The notes below the pieces were generated by a model, which searched no databases, had not been told where the DNA came from, and saw only the letters and a program-made list of their open reading frames with translations. A stretch of 64,000 bases of DNA from an uncultured Methylomirabilota bacterium (GTDB lineage Bacteria > Methylomirabilota > Methylomirabilia > Methylomirabilales > 2-02-FULL-66-22), in the NCBI GenBank assembly GCA_963705305.1, contig OY970067.1, positions 1,344,001 through 1,408,000 of the forward strand, written 5' to 3'. A program made the position numbers and the translations under genes. Shown piece by piece: positions 44,322-54,194 of the stretch. The first letter of the stretch is position 1; the number at the start of each line of letters is the position of its first letter.

Positions 44322-46027
44322 CCTTTTCGGCCGGAAATCCCGCACCTAGAGCGGGTTGTCCGGCCGAGTTGCTTTCCCGCTAACTCCCGCCAATTCCCGC
44401 AAATTCCCCGAGGTCCTGTACCGAAATCTGCACCGATATTCTTGTGTCATCCTCCCCCCGTACGAGCCCGAATCAGCGGCTTCTCGGCGGCTCAATCCCA
44501 GAACCGGCCCGTGCGGTGGATCTCCTCCAGGCGGCGCAGGGTCGGGCCGGGCGTGAAGTCGATGGTGGTGGTGAATCCGGAGGTCGCCTTCTGGTAGTAG
44601 TAGCCGAGCGTCGACGGGGGCGTGTACGGGCGCTCCTGGAGTGTCCCCGGGGCGGCCAGCTCGTGCTTGCCCGACGCAAACATCCGGGACAGCTCCCGGT
44701 CGGTCTCCTCGACGGCCCGGCGCTTCTCGGCCTTGACGGCCTCGGAGTCCCAGTCGAGCGGGATGAGGTTCTGGACGTCGGCACGCATCCGGGTGATCGT
44801 CTCGATCAGGACCTTGGTCTCGAGATCGCGGAGCTTGCTCTTGGTCCGCTCGACGACCACGGCCCGCTGCATCTCGTCGGCGAAGGCCACGTCCACCGCC
44901 CAGGGCATGCCCACGATCCGCACGGCCGCGGTGAGGTCCTGCAGGGCACTCCGGGAATAGAACAGGGTCTGCAACACGCTGGCGAGCCGCTCCAACTCGG
45001 TGATCCGCCGCTCCACCGGCACGCGGGGCGGCGCGTCCGCCGGCTTGTGGGCGGTGCTCACGCATCCCCACCCGTCCCCCTCGTATTTCCGGCACTTCGT
45101 CCCGGACTTGCAGTAGCCCCCGTCCCCGCAGGTCATGGAGCCAGCGGGCCGGCAGCCGTGTTCGCCGCATTCCTCCCCGGCCTGGCACGTGTAGCTCCCG
45201 CAGTCCACCGGGCCGTTCTTGACGCATCGCTCGTTCGCCCCGCAGTGGCTCCCCGCGGGGCAGGCGTAGCTCCCGCAGTCCACGGCGTCCGCCGCCATGC
45301 AGCCGCCGTCCTTCCGACAAACAGCCCCGGCCTTACAGATGTGGCCGTCCCCGCAGTCAGCCTCGTCGGGCTTCCGGCACCTCCCGCCCGAGGCGCAGAG
45401 GTCTCCCACCGGGCAGCTGTAAGTGCCGCAGTCGGTGGATCCGGGCTCCAGGCACCGGCCGCCCGAGGCGCATGACCGGTCGCTCGGGCAGGAATGGCCG
45501 TCCCCGCAGTCCCGTCGGCCCTGGTCCATGCAGATGTTTCGTGACCCGCAGAACATGCCGGAGCGGCAGTAGTGCCCCGCGCCGCACTCCATGCTCCCGA
45601 GCGGAATGCACCCGCCGGACGGCGCGCAGACCTCCCCTGCCCGGCAGAAGCGCCCGTTCCCGCAGTCGGTCATGTCCGGCGTCCGGCAGGTGCCGCCCGA
45701 GCCGCAGAGCTGTCCCACCGGGCAGCTAAAGGTCCCGCAGTCGGCCTCCCCGCGGCGCAGGCATCCGTACGGGCGGCAGGTGGACCCGGCGGCGCAGGCG
45801 GTGCCGTTGCCGCAGTCGACATCGGTGGGTGCGAGGCACCGGAACCGGGAACCGCTGATTGTGTCAACCTGATTTGGCCCCTTTGTGATGCTCTGATTTG
45901 GTCCCACCTCCTTTCAGGGGATTAGTACTTGTGAGACAACGTCAGTATCCGTGTCCCATCCTCTATCAGGAGCATCAGCAGCATTCCCTCCGGTTCCCTA
46001 CACGTTGAGAGAGCAGCCTCGGCGCAC

Positions 46028-46897
46028 TCATCGGGCCTCCCGGGCATCATGTTGAGGAGAGATGGGGACCTCCTTGCCGGCTCCGGAGGCGGAGGGAGGA
46101 GGACTCTCCCGGGGGCGGGGCCTCGATCGGGTCTTCGGCTGCCGCTGCTCCAGGCTGCGGCGGAAGCGGTAGGACTCCGTCCCCGTGTCGATGATGTGCG
46201 CTCGGTCAGTGAGCCGGTCGAGCAGGGCCTTGCAGAGCCGGGCGTTGGGGAACACCGTGGTCCACTCCGAGAAGGGCAGGTTGGTCGTGGCGATCAGCGC
46301 GGCCTTCTCCGCCCGCTCGGCGATGAGCTGGAACAGGAGTTCGGCCCCGAGGTCCGCCACGGCCACGTAGGCCAACTCGTCGATGACGATCAGCTCGACG
46401 CGGGCCCAGCGGTTGATGACGCGGCTGAGCTGGTGCTGGTGCTGCGCTTCGACCAGGTCGTTGACGAGCGCCGCCGCGGTCGTGAAGCGCACCCGGCGCC
46501 GCTGCCGGCAGGCCGCCACCGCGAGGCCGATGGCGAGATGCGTCTTGCCGGTGCCGGGCTCGCCCAGGAAGAGGACCGGCTCCGCCTGCGCGAGGTACGC
46601 GCCCTCGGCCAAGGTCCGGACCGTGGCGGCCGGGATGGTGGGCGCCTCTGCGAAGGAGAACTCCTCCAAGGTCTTCAGGACGGGGAAGTGCGCCTCCTGG
46701 ATCCGGCGGTCGATGAGCCGGCGCGTCCGCTCCTCGACCTCGGCCCCGAGCAGGGCCTCGAGGTAGGTCAGGTGATCCTGCTGGGCCAGGGCGGCCTCGG
46801 TGGCGAGGCCGGCGCACTGGGCCCCCACCGCGGGCAGGTGGAGCTGCTTGCAGTGCTGGCGGATGACGGCGAGCCGGAGCTCCGTGGGGGCGCTCAT
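46028..46897 (-). CDS. istB: IS21 helper ATPase IstB
   Basis: [31 protein letters not shown]. Confidence 0.95.
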   Translation of the reverse strand: MSAPTELRLAVIRQHCKQLHLPAVGAQCAGLATEAALAQQDHLTYLEALLGAEVEERTRRLIDRRIQEAHFPVLKTLEEFSFAEAPTIPAATVRTLAEGAYLAQAEPVLFLGEPGTGKTHLAIGLAVAACRQRRRVRFTTAAALVNDLVEAQHQHQLSRVINRWARVELIVIDELAYVAVADLGAELLFQLIAERAEKAALIATTNLPFSEWTTVFPNARLCKALLDRLTDRAHIIDTGTESYRFRRSLEQRQPKTRSRPRPRESPPPSASGAGKEVPISPQHDAREAR

Positions 46898-48435
46898 GGC
46901 CGGCCCTCCCGGGCGCCCAGCAGTTGATCGTACCGCGCGACGCTCGGCTGCGGCCGGTCATAAGCGGCGAGGGGGCCGCCGACCTCCAGCGCCATCGGCG
47001 ATTGGCGCTCCAGCGTCGCCGCGGTGAGCAGGTACCGCACCGCCGCGGGATCGGCGGCCCCGCAGGCCAGGGCCTGCGCCACGCAGGGGGCCAGGCGCGC
47101 GTAGCCGTGCACCCGCCCGAGCTGGAGGAGGCCGATCATCGCCCGGGTGCCGGCCTGGTGCCCCTGGCGCGCCTGCAAGCGGGCCCAGAGTTCGTCGTAG
47201 CAGGCGGGCCACCGGCCCTGCGCCCGCCACTGGGCGAGCGGGGTCGCCCCGGCCAAGGCGCCCGGCTTGTGCACGAGCACGTCCAGGTAGTGCTCGAGGT
47301 CGAGGACCTGTTGCTGGCGGCCGTAGCAGCGCGCGTGGGTGGCGACGCGCTGCCCGGCGTGCCAGATCTCCACCCGGGTCGGGTAGACGCGGGCGTCGAC
47401 TTGGGTGCCGGGCCGCAGGGGGACCGAGTAGCCGTTCGTCCGCACCCGGACGCAGCCGAGGCCGTCCACCGTGGGGAAGCTCACCTCGGCGAGATCAAAA
47501 TCCTCGGCGGCCAGGGGCAGGAGGTGCGGCTGCTCGCGCTGCACGAGGACCCCGACCGGGTCGGCCCGGCCGGCGAGCACCCGCTGCTGGTCGGCCTGGC
47601 AGCCCTCCAGGAGCTGCGCGTTCAACGCGGCGAGGCCGGCGGCCACCGGGATCGGCACCCCGTGGTTGCGGCGGAAGTAGCCGGCTTCGCCTTCGATCCC
47701 GCCCTTCTCGTGGCCCGCCCCGGGGGTGCAGAACTCGGCGGCGAAGCGCCAGTGGGAGCGGAAGGCGATAAACCGGGTGGTCTGCTCGCGCTCCCGGCCG
47801 CGCAGGATCCGCTTGATCGCGAGCGGCAAGTTGTCGTACCGCAGGCGATGGAAGACCCCGCCAAAGTAGTGGAAGGCCAGTTCATGCGCCTCCAGGAACG
47901 CCTGCTGGGTGGCGTGGGTGTAGGCGCGGTGGAAGGCAGCGCCGCTCGCCATGCTGCGGAGGCCGAAGACCTGCAGGGGCTGCCGCACGCCGCCGAGCTC
48001 GGCCACCGCCTCGTACCAGTCGACCTGGCCCTCGCTGCCCCAGGCATAGCTCTGGGGGATGCAGGTCACCTTGCCGCTGAGCCCGAGCGCGCGCTTCTGC
48101 TCCCGCACGTACTCCCGCACGGTCGACTCCGCCACGGGGAAGCCCGGCAGTTCCTGGCGCAGCCGGTGGAAGATCCGCCGGGCCGTATGCCGCTGCTTGC
48201 GGGGCGCGGTGCGGTCGGCGGCCAGGATCGCATCAATGACCGGGATCACCGGGGCCAGCCTCGGCCGGGCGCGCTGCGCGCGCTTGCGCTCCGGCGGCAG
48301 CGCCTGGGCGGCGGCTTCCCGGACTAACCGGCGATGGACGCCGAACTTGCGGGCAACACCCCGGATGGTCCCGATCCCGAACTCGTACTCTCGGCGCAGC
48401 TGCTCGAACAGTTCCACTTTGCCTCTCCTCTCCAC
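46894..48435 (-). CDS. istA: IS21 transposase IstA
   Basis: [25 protein letters not shown] motifs; ATGA overlap with istB. Confidence 0.95.
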   Translation of the reverse strand: MERRGKVELFEQLRREYEFGIGTIRGVARKFGVHRRLVREAAAQALPPERKRAQRARPRLAPVIPVIDAILAADRTAPRKQRHTARRIFHRLRQELPGFPVAESTVREYVREQKRALGLSGKVTCIPQSYAWGSEGQVDWYEAVAELGGVRQPLQVFGLRSMASGAAFHRAYTHATQQAFLEAHELAFHYFGGVFHRLRYDNLPLAIKRILRGREREQTTRFIAFRSHWRFAAEFCTPGAGHEKGGIEGEAGYFRRNHGVPIPVAAGLAALNAQLLEGCQADQQRVLAGRADPVGVLVQREQPHLLPLAAEDFDLAEVSFPTVDGLGCVRVRTNGYSVPLRPGTQVDARVYPTRVEIWHAGQRVATHARCYGRQQQVLDLEHYLDVLVHKPGALAGATPLAQWRAQGRWPACYDELWARLQARQGHQAGTRAMIGLLQLGRVHGYARLAPCVAQALACGAADPAAVRYLLTAATLERQSPMALEVGGPLAAYDRPQPSVARYDQLLGAREGRP

Positions 48436-48851
48436 CGTCCCTCCGTTCTAGGGCTATGCCCCCGCCCAGAGTAGACGGCGATGGTCGAGAGGTGGGGCCA
48501 AATCAGAGCATCACAAAGGGGCCAATTGAGAGTATCAAACTCAGGGAACCGCACCGGAATCCGGGATCGCAGTACCCCCCGGAGCCGCACTCGGTAGCCC
48601 CCGGCGGCATGCACCCGCCGTTCGACATCAGCACCCAGCCCGGATCGCAGCGGGGGCCGCCCCCGCCGCTCCTGCCGGCGCCATTGCAGCTGATCGTATC
48701 GGCGTTCGGCACGCCCCCCATGCACTCGCACCAGCGGGCGTACTGCCGCCACCAGGCGGAGCCGAAGCCCTGGGGCGGGGCGCCGCAGCTCTGGGCGGCG
48801 GCCGGAGCAGCGACAGCCAGGGTGAGGAGGATGCCGAGCGTGACCAGGAGG

Positions 48852-49304
48852 CTAGCCTGGCCGAGTCGTCGTACGGGTAAGCGTCCGCGCATGGGTGTCC
48901 TCCAGGACCAGGCCGAACCGCGGGAAGTCGTCGGTGGTCCTATCGGCCGTCGAGGGCTGGAGCAACCTGCCGATTCCTGCGGTCTGCATGCCTACAGCTT
49001 GCCGTGCGTATCCGGCGGCTGGATCCGGCCCGGCGTCGAGGGCCTGCCGGAGTTCTCGCAGGAAATCTCGCAAGGACGAGAGGACTGCGGGCAGGTCCGG
49101 GGCGCAGTCCTCCTCCAGGCTGGCCGCAGCAATCTCCAGATCGTTCACCAAGCTGCGCTCCCGGAGCCGCCAGGCATAGGGGAGACCCTTGAGGGCAGCA
49201 ATGGCCCCGCGGAACTCGGGAAGGAATTGCGGGATCGCCCCGTGACCGGCGGCGAGGAGGCCCAGGCACCGGTCGAGCCGGTCGAGGATCGACGCAATCG
49301 CCAC
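48852..49304 (-). CDS. Hypothetical helical protein
   Basis: Strong AAGGAGG RBS and operon position. Confidence 0.55.
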   Translation of the reverse strand: MAIASILDRLDRCLGLLAAGHGAIPQFLPEFRGAIAALKGLPYAWRLRERSLVNDLEIAAASLEEDCAPDLPAVLSSLRDFLRELRQALDAGPDPAAGYARQAVGMQTAGIGRLLQPSTADRTTDDFPRFGLVLEDTHARTLTRTTTRPG

Positions 49305-49316
49305 GCACCCTCCTCC

Positions 49317-50690
49317 TTAGCTCCGGGTATCCAGCCCCCACGCCAGCAGCGCGGCGAAGGGGCGCATGGCCAGGTGGACCAGTCCGGCCACGCCCGCGCC
49401 GAGCCACAGCGGGGGCCAGGCCTGGAGAGCGATATAGGCCAGGCCGACGAGCGCGGCAACAGTGAGCAGGGGGCTGTAATGGCTGAGAATGCCCACCAGG
49501 ACGCCCACGCCCCAGAGCAGGAACACGCTCACGAAGGCCATCCAGATCCCCGTGCCGAGTGACCACACCGCCGGATACCAGACCAGTTGGAGGCAGGCGG
49601 CCGCAACCAGCGCGGAGAACGCCAGGTGGGCGACCCATCCCGTCCGGTAGGCACTGAAGCCCTCCCGGCTGGGGATGCGAAAATACCAGGTCAATGGCCG
49701 TCGGATGGCATCGAGGCGGTCCCGGAATCCCAGCGGCGGAAGGGTCACCGACACCCCGGCCCGGGCCAGGGTCCGGAGGGCCCCCCGGACCTGGCGCCGC
49801 ACGCCGGGATCGGGGTCCGCCGCATGGGCGAGGAGCGGCCCCACGGCCTCGGGGCGTCCAGAGTTCCCGAGGAGATGCGCGGTCGCTATACGAAGCGCGG
49901 GCGTTGGGTCGTCAAGGTGCCGGGCGATCGCGGCTGGCCGGACCCCGGTCACCCCCCGCAGCCCCTCCAGGGGGCGGACGTGGTCTTTGAGGCGCTGCAT
50001 CACGTCCAGGATCGTTGGCATGTGCTCCGCGGCCCCGAGATCCACTAGGCACTCGGCCATTCCCCGAAGGATGAGTTCCGCCTTCTCCCCGGGGAGGGCC
50101 GCCGCGATGCGGGTGGCGGCCTCGGGGTGCCTGCTCGTTACCAGGGCGCGGGCCGCCGCATAGCGCGTCGCCGCGTCTGGATCGGAGAGGAGGGGGGCCA
50201 GGATTGAAAAGGCCGCCGGCCCGCCCAGCCGAGCTGCCGTGGCCAGGGCCGTGGCCCGCGCGGGATCCGTGCGGGTCTGGATGATCCGGGCGAGGTCGGG
50301 CAGGAGCGCGGCGCTGGCCCGTTCACCGAGGGCCGTCAGGGCCGCCTCCGCGGCAGACCGCTTGCCGGTCTCGGCGATGGTGAGGAGCGCTTTCCAGAGG
50401 GTGGGGTCCCGCGTGGACGCAAGGTGCCGGGCCGCCGCGAAGTCCGCGTAGCCCCCCTCGGCCACCGCCCGGAGCAGATGCGGGATTGTGGCGGGGGTCC
50501 CGATCCCGATCAGCACCCGGACGGCCGTCCCCTGGGTCGAGACGTCGGCCTCGGGGGTGAAGAGGACGGCCGCCACCGGCTCGATGGCCGCCTCCCCCAG
50601 GGCGAGGAGGCGCGCCTCGGCGCGGCGCTGCCGGCGGGTGAAGGGCCGCCGCAGATCCCTCAGGAGCTGTCGCAGGCTGGTGGCGTTCAC
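49317..50690 (-). CDS. HEAT (PBS-lyase-like) repeat protein with C-terminal TM helices
   Basis: Repeated L.DPD..VR..AA.AL units; 4-5 hydrophobic C-terminal segments. Confidence 0.8.
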   Translation of the reverse strand: MNATSLRQLLRDLRRPFTRRQRRAEARLLALGEAAIEPVAAVLFTPEADVSTQGTAVRVLIGIGTPATIPHLLRAVAEGGYADFAAARHLASTRDPTLWKALLTIAETGKRSAAEAALTALGERASAALLPDLARIIQTRTDPARATALATAARLGGPAAFSILAPLLSDPDAATRYAAARALVTSRHPEAATRIAAALPGEKAELILRGMAECLVDLGAAEHMPTILDVMQRLKDHVRPLEGLRGVTGVRPAAIARHLDDPTPALRIATAHLLGNSGRPEAVGPLLAHAADPDPGVRRQVRGALRTLARAGVSVTLPPLGFRDRLDAIRRPLTWYFRIPSREGFSAYRTGWVAHLAFSALVAAACLQLVWYPAVWSLGTGIWMAFVSVFLLWGVGVLVGILSHYSPLLTVAALVGLAYIALQAWPPLWLGAGVAGLVHLAMRPFAALLAWGLDTRS

Positions 50691-51580
50691 GGGCAGTCCC
50701 CCATCCCGGGGAGTTGGCGCTGCATCCTCGCGATCTCCTCCTCACTCACCTGGGCCACCACGGGGGCGTCGGGCGGGCAGGGCGTCTGCCGGTCGTGGAC
50801 CGCGATCATGCGGATCTTCTCCGAGGCGTCCGCCCGGGTCGAGGGCTGGGTGGTGAGGAGGTTGTACGGGAAGAAGGGGAAGCGCGTGCCCGGAAACATG
50901 AGGAGGGTGAACCCGCTGCCGTCGGGAGCGTACTCGATGCTCGCGCTGGCCGGGAGCCGCACGGGGCAGGTGCTCCCGGCCGGGCGGTCCCCCGGGATGC
51001 GGCGCACCTGGGCGCGTCCCGTCCGCGCCTGCTCCTCACGGGCCACGGCCAGCTGGTACGCCACGAATTCCCGAAGGGCCTGCTGACGGGGGCCGTCGGG
51101 GCGCGGCCAGTAGCCCACGAAGGCCACCACCAGCCCAAGCAGGAAAGCCGTCCCAAGGAGCAGGACCGCTCCCGCGGGCACCAGGCGGTGCGAGGACGCC
51201 CTGGCGAGGTGGACGGGCCGCTCGCGCCCGGGGCGGGCCTGGAGCCCCCACCGGACCATCTGGACGCCGCGCTGGAGCGCAAGGGCCCCGAAGATGGCCG
51301 CCACGAGGAAGGCGATCCCGCCGCTCGCCCCGGACAGGAGGATGGCGAGGACGGCGCTCGCGGTCCGCAGGACGCGCCAGCGGCAGGCGGTGGGGCGCAG
51401 CGCGCGGAGGATCGCGTAGGCGCCCCCGGCCAGGCTGAGGACGATCATGAGGGGGAGGAGGCCCACCTCGGCCAGCAGGAGCTGGGGGCCGGGCGGCTGG
51501 TTCGCCTCGGCGGCAGTCGCGGGTCCGATCAGGGCAACGGCTCCGAGCACGGCAAGCAATCGGCTGCGGCGGTAGGTCAT
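50687..51580 (-). CDS. Hypothetical membrane protein with signal peptide
   Basis: MTYRRSRLLAVLG...AEA|NQPPG followed by 3-4 TM helices; ATGA/GTGA overlaps with neighbours. Confidence 0.65.
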   Translation of the reverse strand: MTYRRSRLLAVLGAVALIGPATAAEANQPPGPQLLLAEVGLLPLMIVLSLAGGAYAILRALRPTACRWRVLRTASAVLAILLSGASGGIAFLVAAIFGALALQRGVQMVRWGLQARPGRERPVHLARASSHRLVPAGAVLLLGTAFLLGLVVAFVGYWPRPDGPRQQALREFVAYQLAVAREEQARTGRAQVRRIPGDRPAGSTCPVRLPASASIEYAPDGSGFTLLMFPGTRFPFFPYNLLTTQPSTRADASEKIRMIAVHDRQTPCPPDAPVVAQVSEEEIARMQRQLPGMGDCP

Positions 51581-52216
51581 GGATGGCCCCCCTTCGCGAC
51601 ATCTGGCAGCGGCTCCCAGGCAAAGCGCCAGTCGTCCGGCGGCATGAAGTCCCTCCGCTCGAATGCCCATCCCGTCGCGGTGCGCTCCAGCGGGTAGCTG
51701 CTCCGTTGCAGCCGCACGCCCTCGGTCGCAACCGTGTAGGTGGCCGCCGCCAGCGGGCGGCGCCAGGGCCGCGTCGTGGTCAGGAGGTACCGGCCCTCGT
51801 GGGTCGGCGCGTGCTGCCGGTAGTCCACGCTGACCTGGACCTCTTCCAACGGGCCGAAGCGCAGCTCCGCCCCGATCGCGCCGAGCACGGTGCGGACCGG
51901 GAGGGGCTCCGGGCGCGGCGTGAGCCGGGCAACCGCGACCTCCGTCGGGATCGGGTGCTCGCGATCCACGGGCAACGGGACGGCAAGCCCCTGGACGACA
52001 GGCACCGGCCAGGGATTCCGGTACACGTAGACCCCGTGCACGCGGACCTCGTCGGGGGCGAGGGTGACGTTCGATCCGCTCGCGGACGAAGCGCACGGTG
52101 GGCACGAGTCCGGCCAAAAACGGGAGGAGGCAGAGCAGGGCCACCGCCGCCAGCCACGGTCCCGCCGTGTCCGCCAGCGAGGCGCGGTCGCCGCGAGTTC
52201 GCGCGCCGGTGGTCAT
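51577..52216 (-). pseudogene. Membrane-anchored DUF4424-like protein, frameshift near 52070
   Basis: N-terminal MTTG...VRFVRERIE continues in another frame as VTLAPDEVRVHGVYVYRN...YLLTTT..W...DFMP..D; span is 640 nt. Confidence 0.6.
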
Positions 52217-52635
52217 CGGATCTCGAATCCTCCCTGCCGGCAGAAGGCGATCAGCTCCCGGATGGCCGCCTTGTTCGGGCCGCTCAGGGCCTCGATGGGC
52301 GAGATCGGCGCCCCGACCGGGACCAGGACGCTCGTGGGCCGGTCCTCCGGCCCCTCGGTGACGGCCTTGTGTCCCGCCGCGTAGGCGTCCGGGAGGTCGG
52401 GCAGGCCCCGCTCGAGGGCGGCGGCCAGGGCGCGGGCATCGGCGTCCTGCACCCGCTGGTTGCCGTTCAACGTATAGTTCCCGTCCCAGGCGGCGCGCTC
52501 CTCCTCGTCCGCCTCCTCGGCGGGGAGGGTCCCCGCCGGCGCCCACCCGTAGAGCTGGGCGAACTTCAGGACCTCGGCCCAGACGTACACGGTGAAGGAC
52601 AGGTACTCTTTTCCGCGCACCAAGTCGATGGACAT
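52213..52635 (-). CDS. Hypothetical protein
   Basis: W..VL..A..YGW.P.GT...W.G.Y..N..Q.V...DA..LA.ALE...FC..GGF.I pattern; overlaps the next start. Confidence 0.7.
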   Translation of the reverse strand: MSIDLVRGKEYLSFTVYVWAEVLKFAQLYGWAPAGTLPAEEADEEERAAWDGNYTLNGNQRVQDADARALAAALERGLPDLPDAYAAGHKAVTEGPEDRPTSVLVPVGAPISPIEALSGPNKAAIRELIAFCRQGGFEIR

Positions 52636-52876
52636 GTTACCGCCGCCATGCCATATATCGGCACTTGCCTGGCGGTCCGCCAAGGGTGCCGTCACCGGCT
52701 TATTCCTTGGGCCAGACCTGCTTGCCACTCCGGTCGGTGTAGCGGAGCGCCTTACTCCCGGGCAGCTCCAGCTGGGCGAGCTCGCCGTCCTGTCCTGTCT
52801 CCGTATCGACTCTCGAGGGTGCCCCGAGCACCGGGACACACCCCTTCCCCGAACGGCTCTTTCTGCCCGCTCGCAG

Positions 52877-53194
52877 CTAGAGCAGCGACCAGACCACGAC
52901 CACCCCGACGAACCAGAACAGCGACCCTACGACGACTAGGCGGTCCCTCCAGAACACTCCCCAGGACGGGTTGTTGGTCTTGCCATAGAGGTAGCTCCCC
53001 AGCCGGTTGAGGCCCACCCAGACGACGGGGCAGGTGAAGAACAGGAGCCCGATGAGCGCCAGCACCTCGTTGCCCGTCCCGAACAGCGCGGGATTGGTCG
53101 GGGGCTGCGCGGCCGCCGCACCGGCGCGGAGACCCAGGGCCAGCCCTAGTTCCGCCCCCGCCCAGGGTCTCCGAAAGCATCTCCGTCGGTGCAC
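52877..53194 (-). CDS. Small membrane protein
   Basis: GAGGAGG RBS; signal-like segment and two TM helices. Confidence 0.5.
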   Translation of the reverse strand: MHRRRCFRRPWAGAELGLALGLRAGAAAAQPPTNPALFGTGNEVLALIGLLFFTCPVVWVGLNRLGSYLYGKTNNPSWGVFWRDRLVVVGSLFWFVGVVVVWSLL

Positions 53195-53237
53195 GTGCGG
53201 CCTCCTCTCTGGCGGGCCGGGACGCCCGGCCACCCTC

Positions 53238-53798
53238 CTACCGGCCCTCCCGGTCGGCGCCCGTGGCCGGACCCGCCTTCCACGGCTGCCGGTCGAGCAC
53301 GTCCTGGATCGTCCGGACGAGGGCCTGGACCGCGGGGGTGGCCCTGGAGACGACCCCGTACCGGAACTCGCGGGACGCTCCGTCCACGCTCACCACCAGC
53401 GTGTGGCCGCAGGCGTCGGGGGTGGGCCGGGCCCCGAGGCAGGGCGGCCGGTCCTCGTCCGGGAGCACCGTCGTCTGCGCCGTCCGGCTGGCCTCCGCGA
53501 TGTGCGTCAGGTCCGCGTGCGAGAGCCGCTTCCAGCGGTCCGGCTTCGCGGGGGCGGGCGCGGCTCCGTGGGATGCCGTGAAGAGCTGGACCAGGCCGGT
53601 CGGATCCACCGTGAGGAGCGTCCGGCGCACCGTACGCGGGCGGATGGTGCGGAGCGCAATGCGCGGCCCGGAGGCCACGGTGGTGATGGGGGCGGCCCCG
53701 GCCACCCTGGCACCGCACGGGGCGAAGAGCAGGGGGCCGGCGGCAAGCAGGATGGCGAGCGACCATCGGCGAGCCACGGTGTTCCTCCGCCAGGGCAT
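53238..53798 (-). CDS. Secreted protein, weakly emfourin-like
   Basis: Signal peptide; ...PDACGHTLVVSVDG..REF...P.VQALV pattern. Confidence 0.55.
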   Translation of the reverse strand: MPWRRNTVARRWSLAILLAAGPLLFAPCGARVAGAAPITTVASGPRIALRTIRPRTVRRTLLTVDPTGLVQLFTASHGAAPAPAKPDRWKRLSHADLTHIAEASRTAQTTVLPDEDRPPCLGARPTPDACGHTLVVSVDGASREFRYGVVSRATPAVQALVRTIQDVLDRQPWKAGPATGADREGR

Positions 53799-53803
53799 CG
53801 CGC

Positions 53804-54157
53804 TTACCAGACCACTTGGACGCCCGAGCAGTGGTCCTTGATCCAGCGCCAGTCGGCGCAGGCGGGCGCGCTCGGCTGGTTCACCTTCGGCATGCAGTCG
53901 AGGATGCCGGGTTTCGGACAGGCCTTCGACCCCTCCGGCGGCTCGGTCGCTGCGGGGGGCTTGGTGCCCTTGTCGTCCTTCACCTCCGGAGCGGGGAGAT
54001 CCTTGATCGTCGGCGTGAGCGTCGGCGGCGATAAGGGGACGAGCTGCGCGACCGGGGTGGCGGGCGGCTCGCCCGCCAGGGCCGGTGCCGGGAGGAGGAG
54101 GGCTGCGCCGGTCAGGAGGAGCACGGCTCCGACAAGGCAGCGGGTTCCGTGTCGCAT
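53804..54157 (-). CDS. Secreted Pro-rich protein with C-terminal 4-Cys mini-domain
   Basis: Signal peptide, AGGAG RBS; CPKPGILDCMP...CADWRWIKDHCSGV. Confidence 0.7.
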   Translation of the reverse strand: MRHGTRCLVGAVLLLTGAALLLPAPALAGEPPATPVAQLVPLSPPTLTPTIKDLPAPEVKDDKGTKPPAATEPPEGSKACPKPGILDCMPKVNQPSAPACADWRWIKDHCSGVQVVW

Positions 54158-54194
54158 GACCTTGGTCTCCTTTGTCTCGCCACCAGGGCGGCGC

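Larger units (their letters stand above)
45856..48543 (-). mobile_element. IS21-family insertion sequence (2688 bp)
   Basis: TGA...TTGGCCCCTTTGTGATGCTCTGATTTGG terminal repeats; 9-bp direct repeat GGGAACCGC at 45847-45855 and 48544-48552; contains istA and istB. Confidence 0.95.
44492..48892 (-). pseudogene. Secreted Cys-rich tandem-repeat protein (567 aa reconstructed), split by IS21
   Basis: Removing the IS and one target duplication joins ORF 48503..48892 (signal peptide) in frame with ORF 44492..45907: ...PGFRCGS|RFRCLAP.... Confidence 0.85.

Noticed and set aside
50687..52546. Single 619-aa ORF
   Set aside because: Chimera of a frameshifted gene's 5' part and a separate downstream gene starting at 51580.
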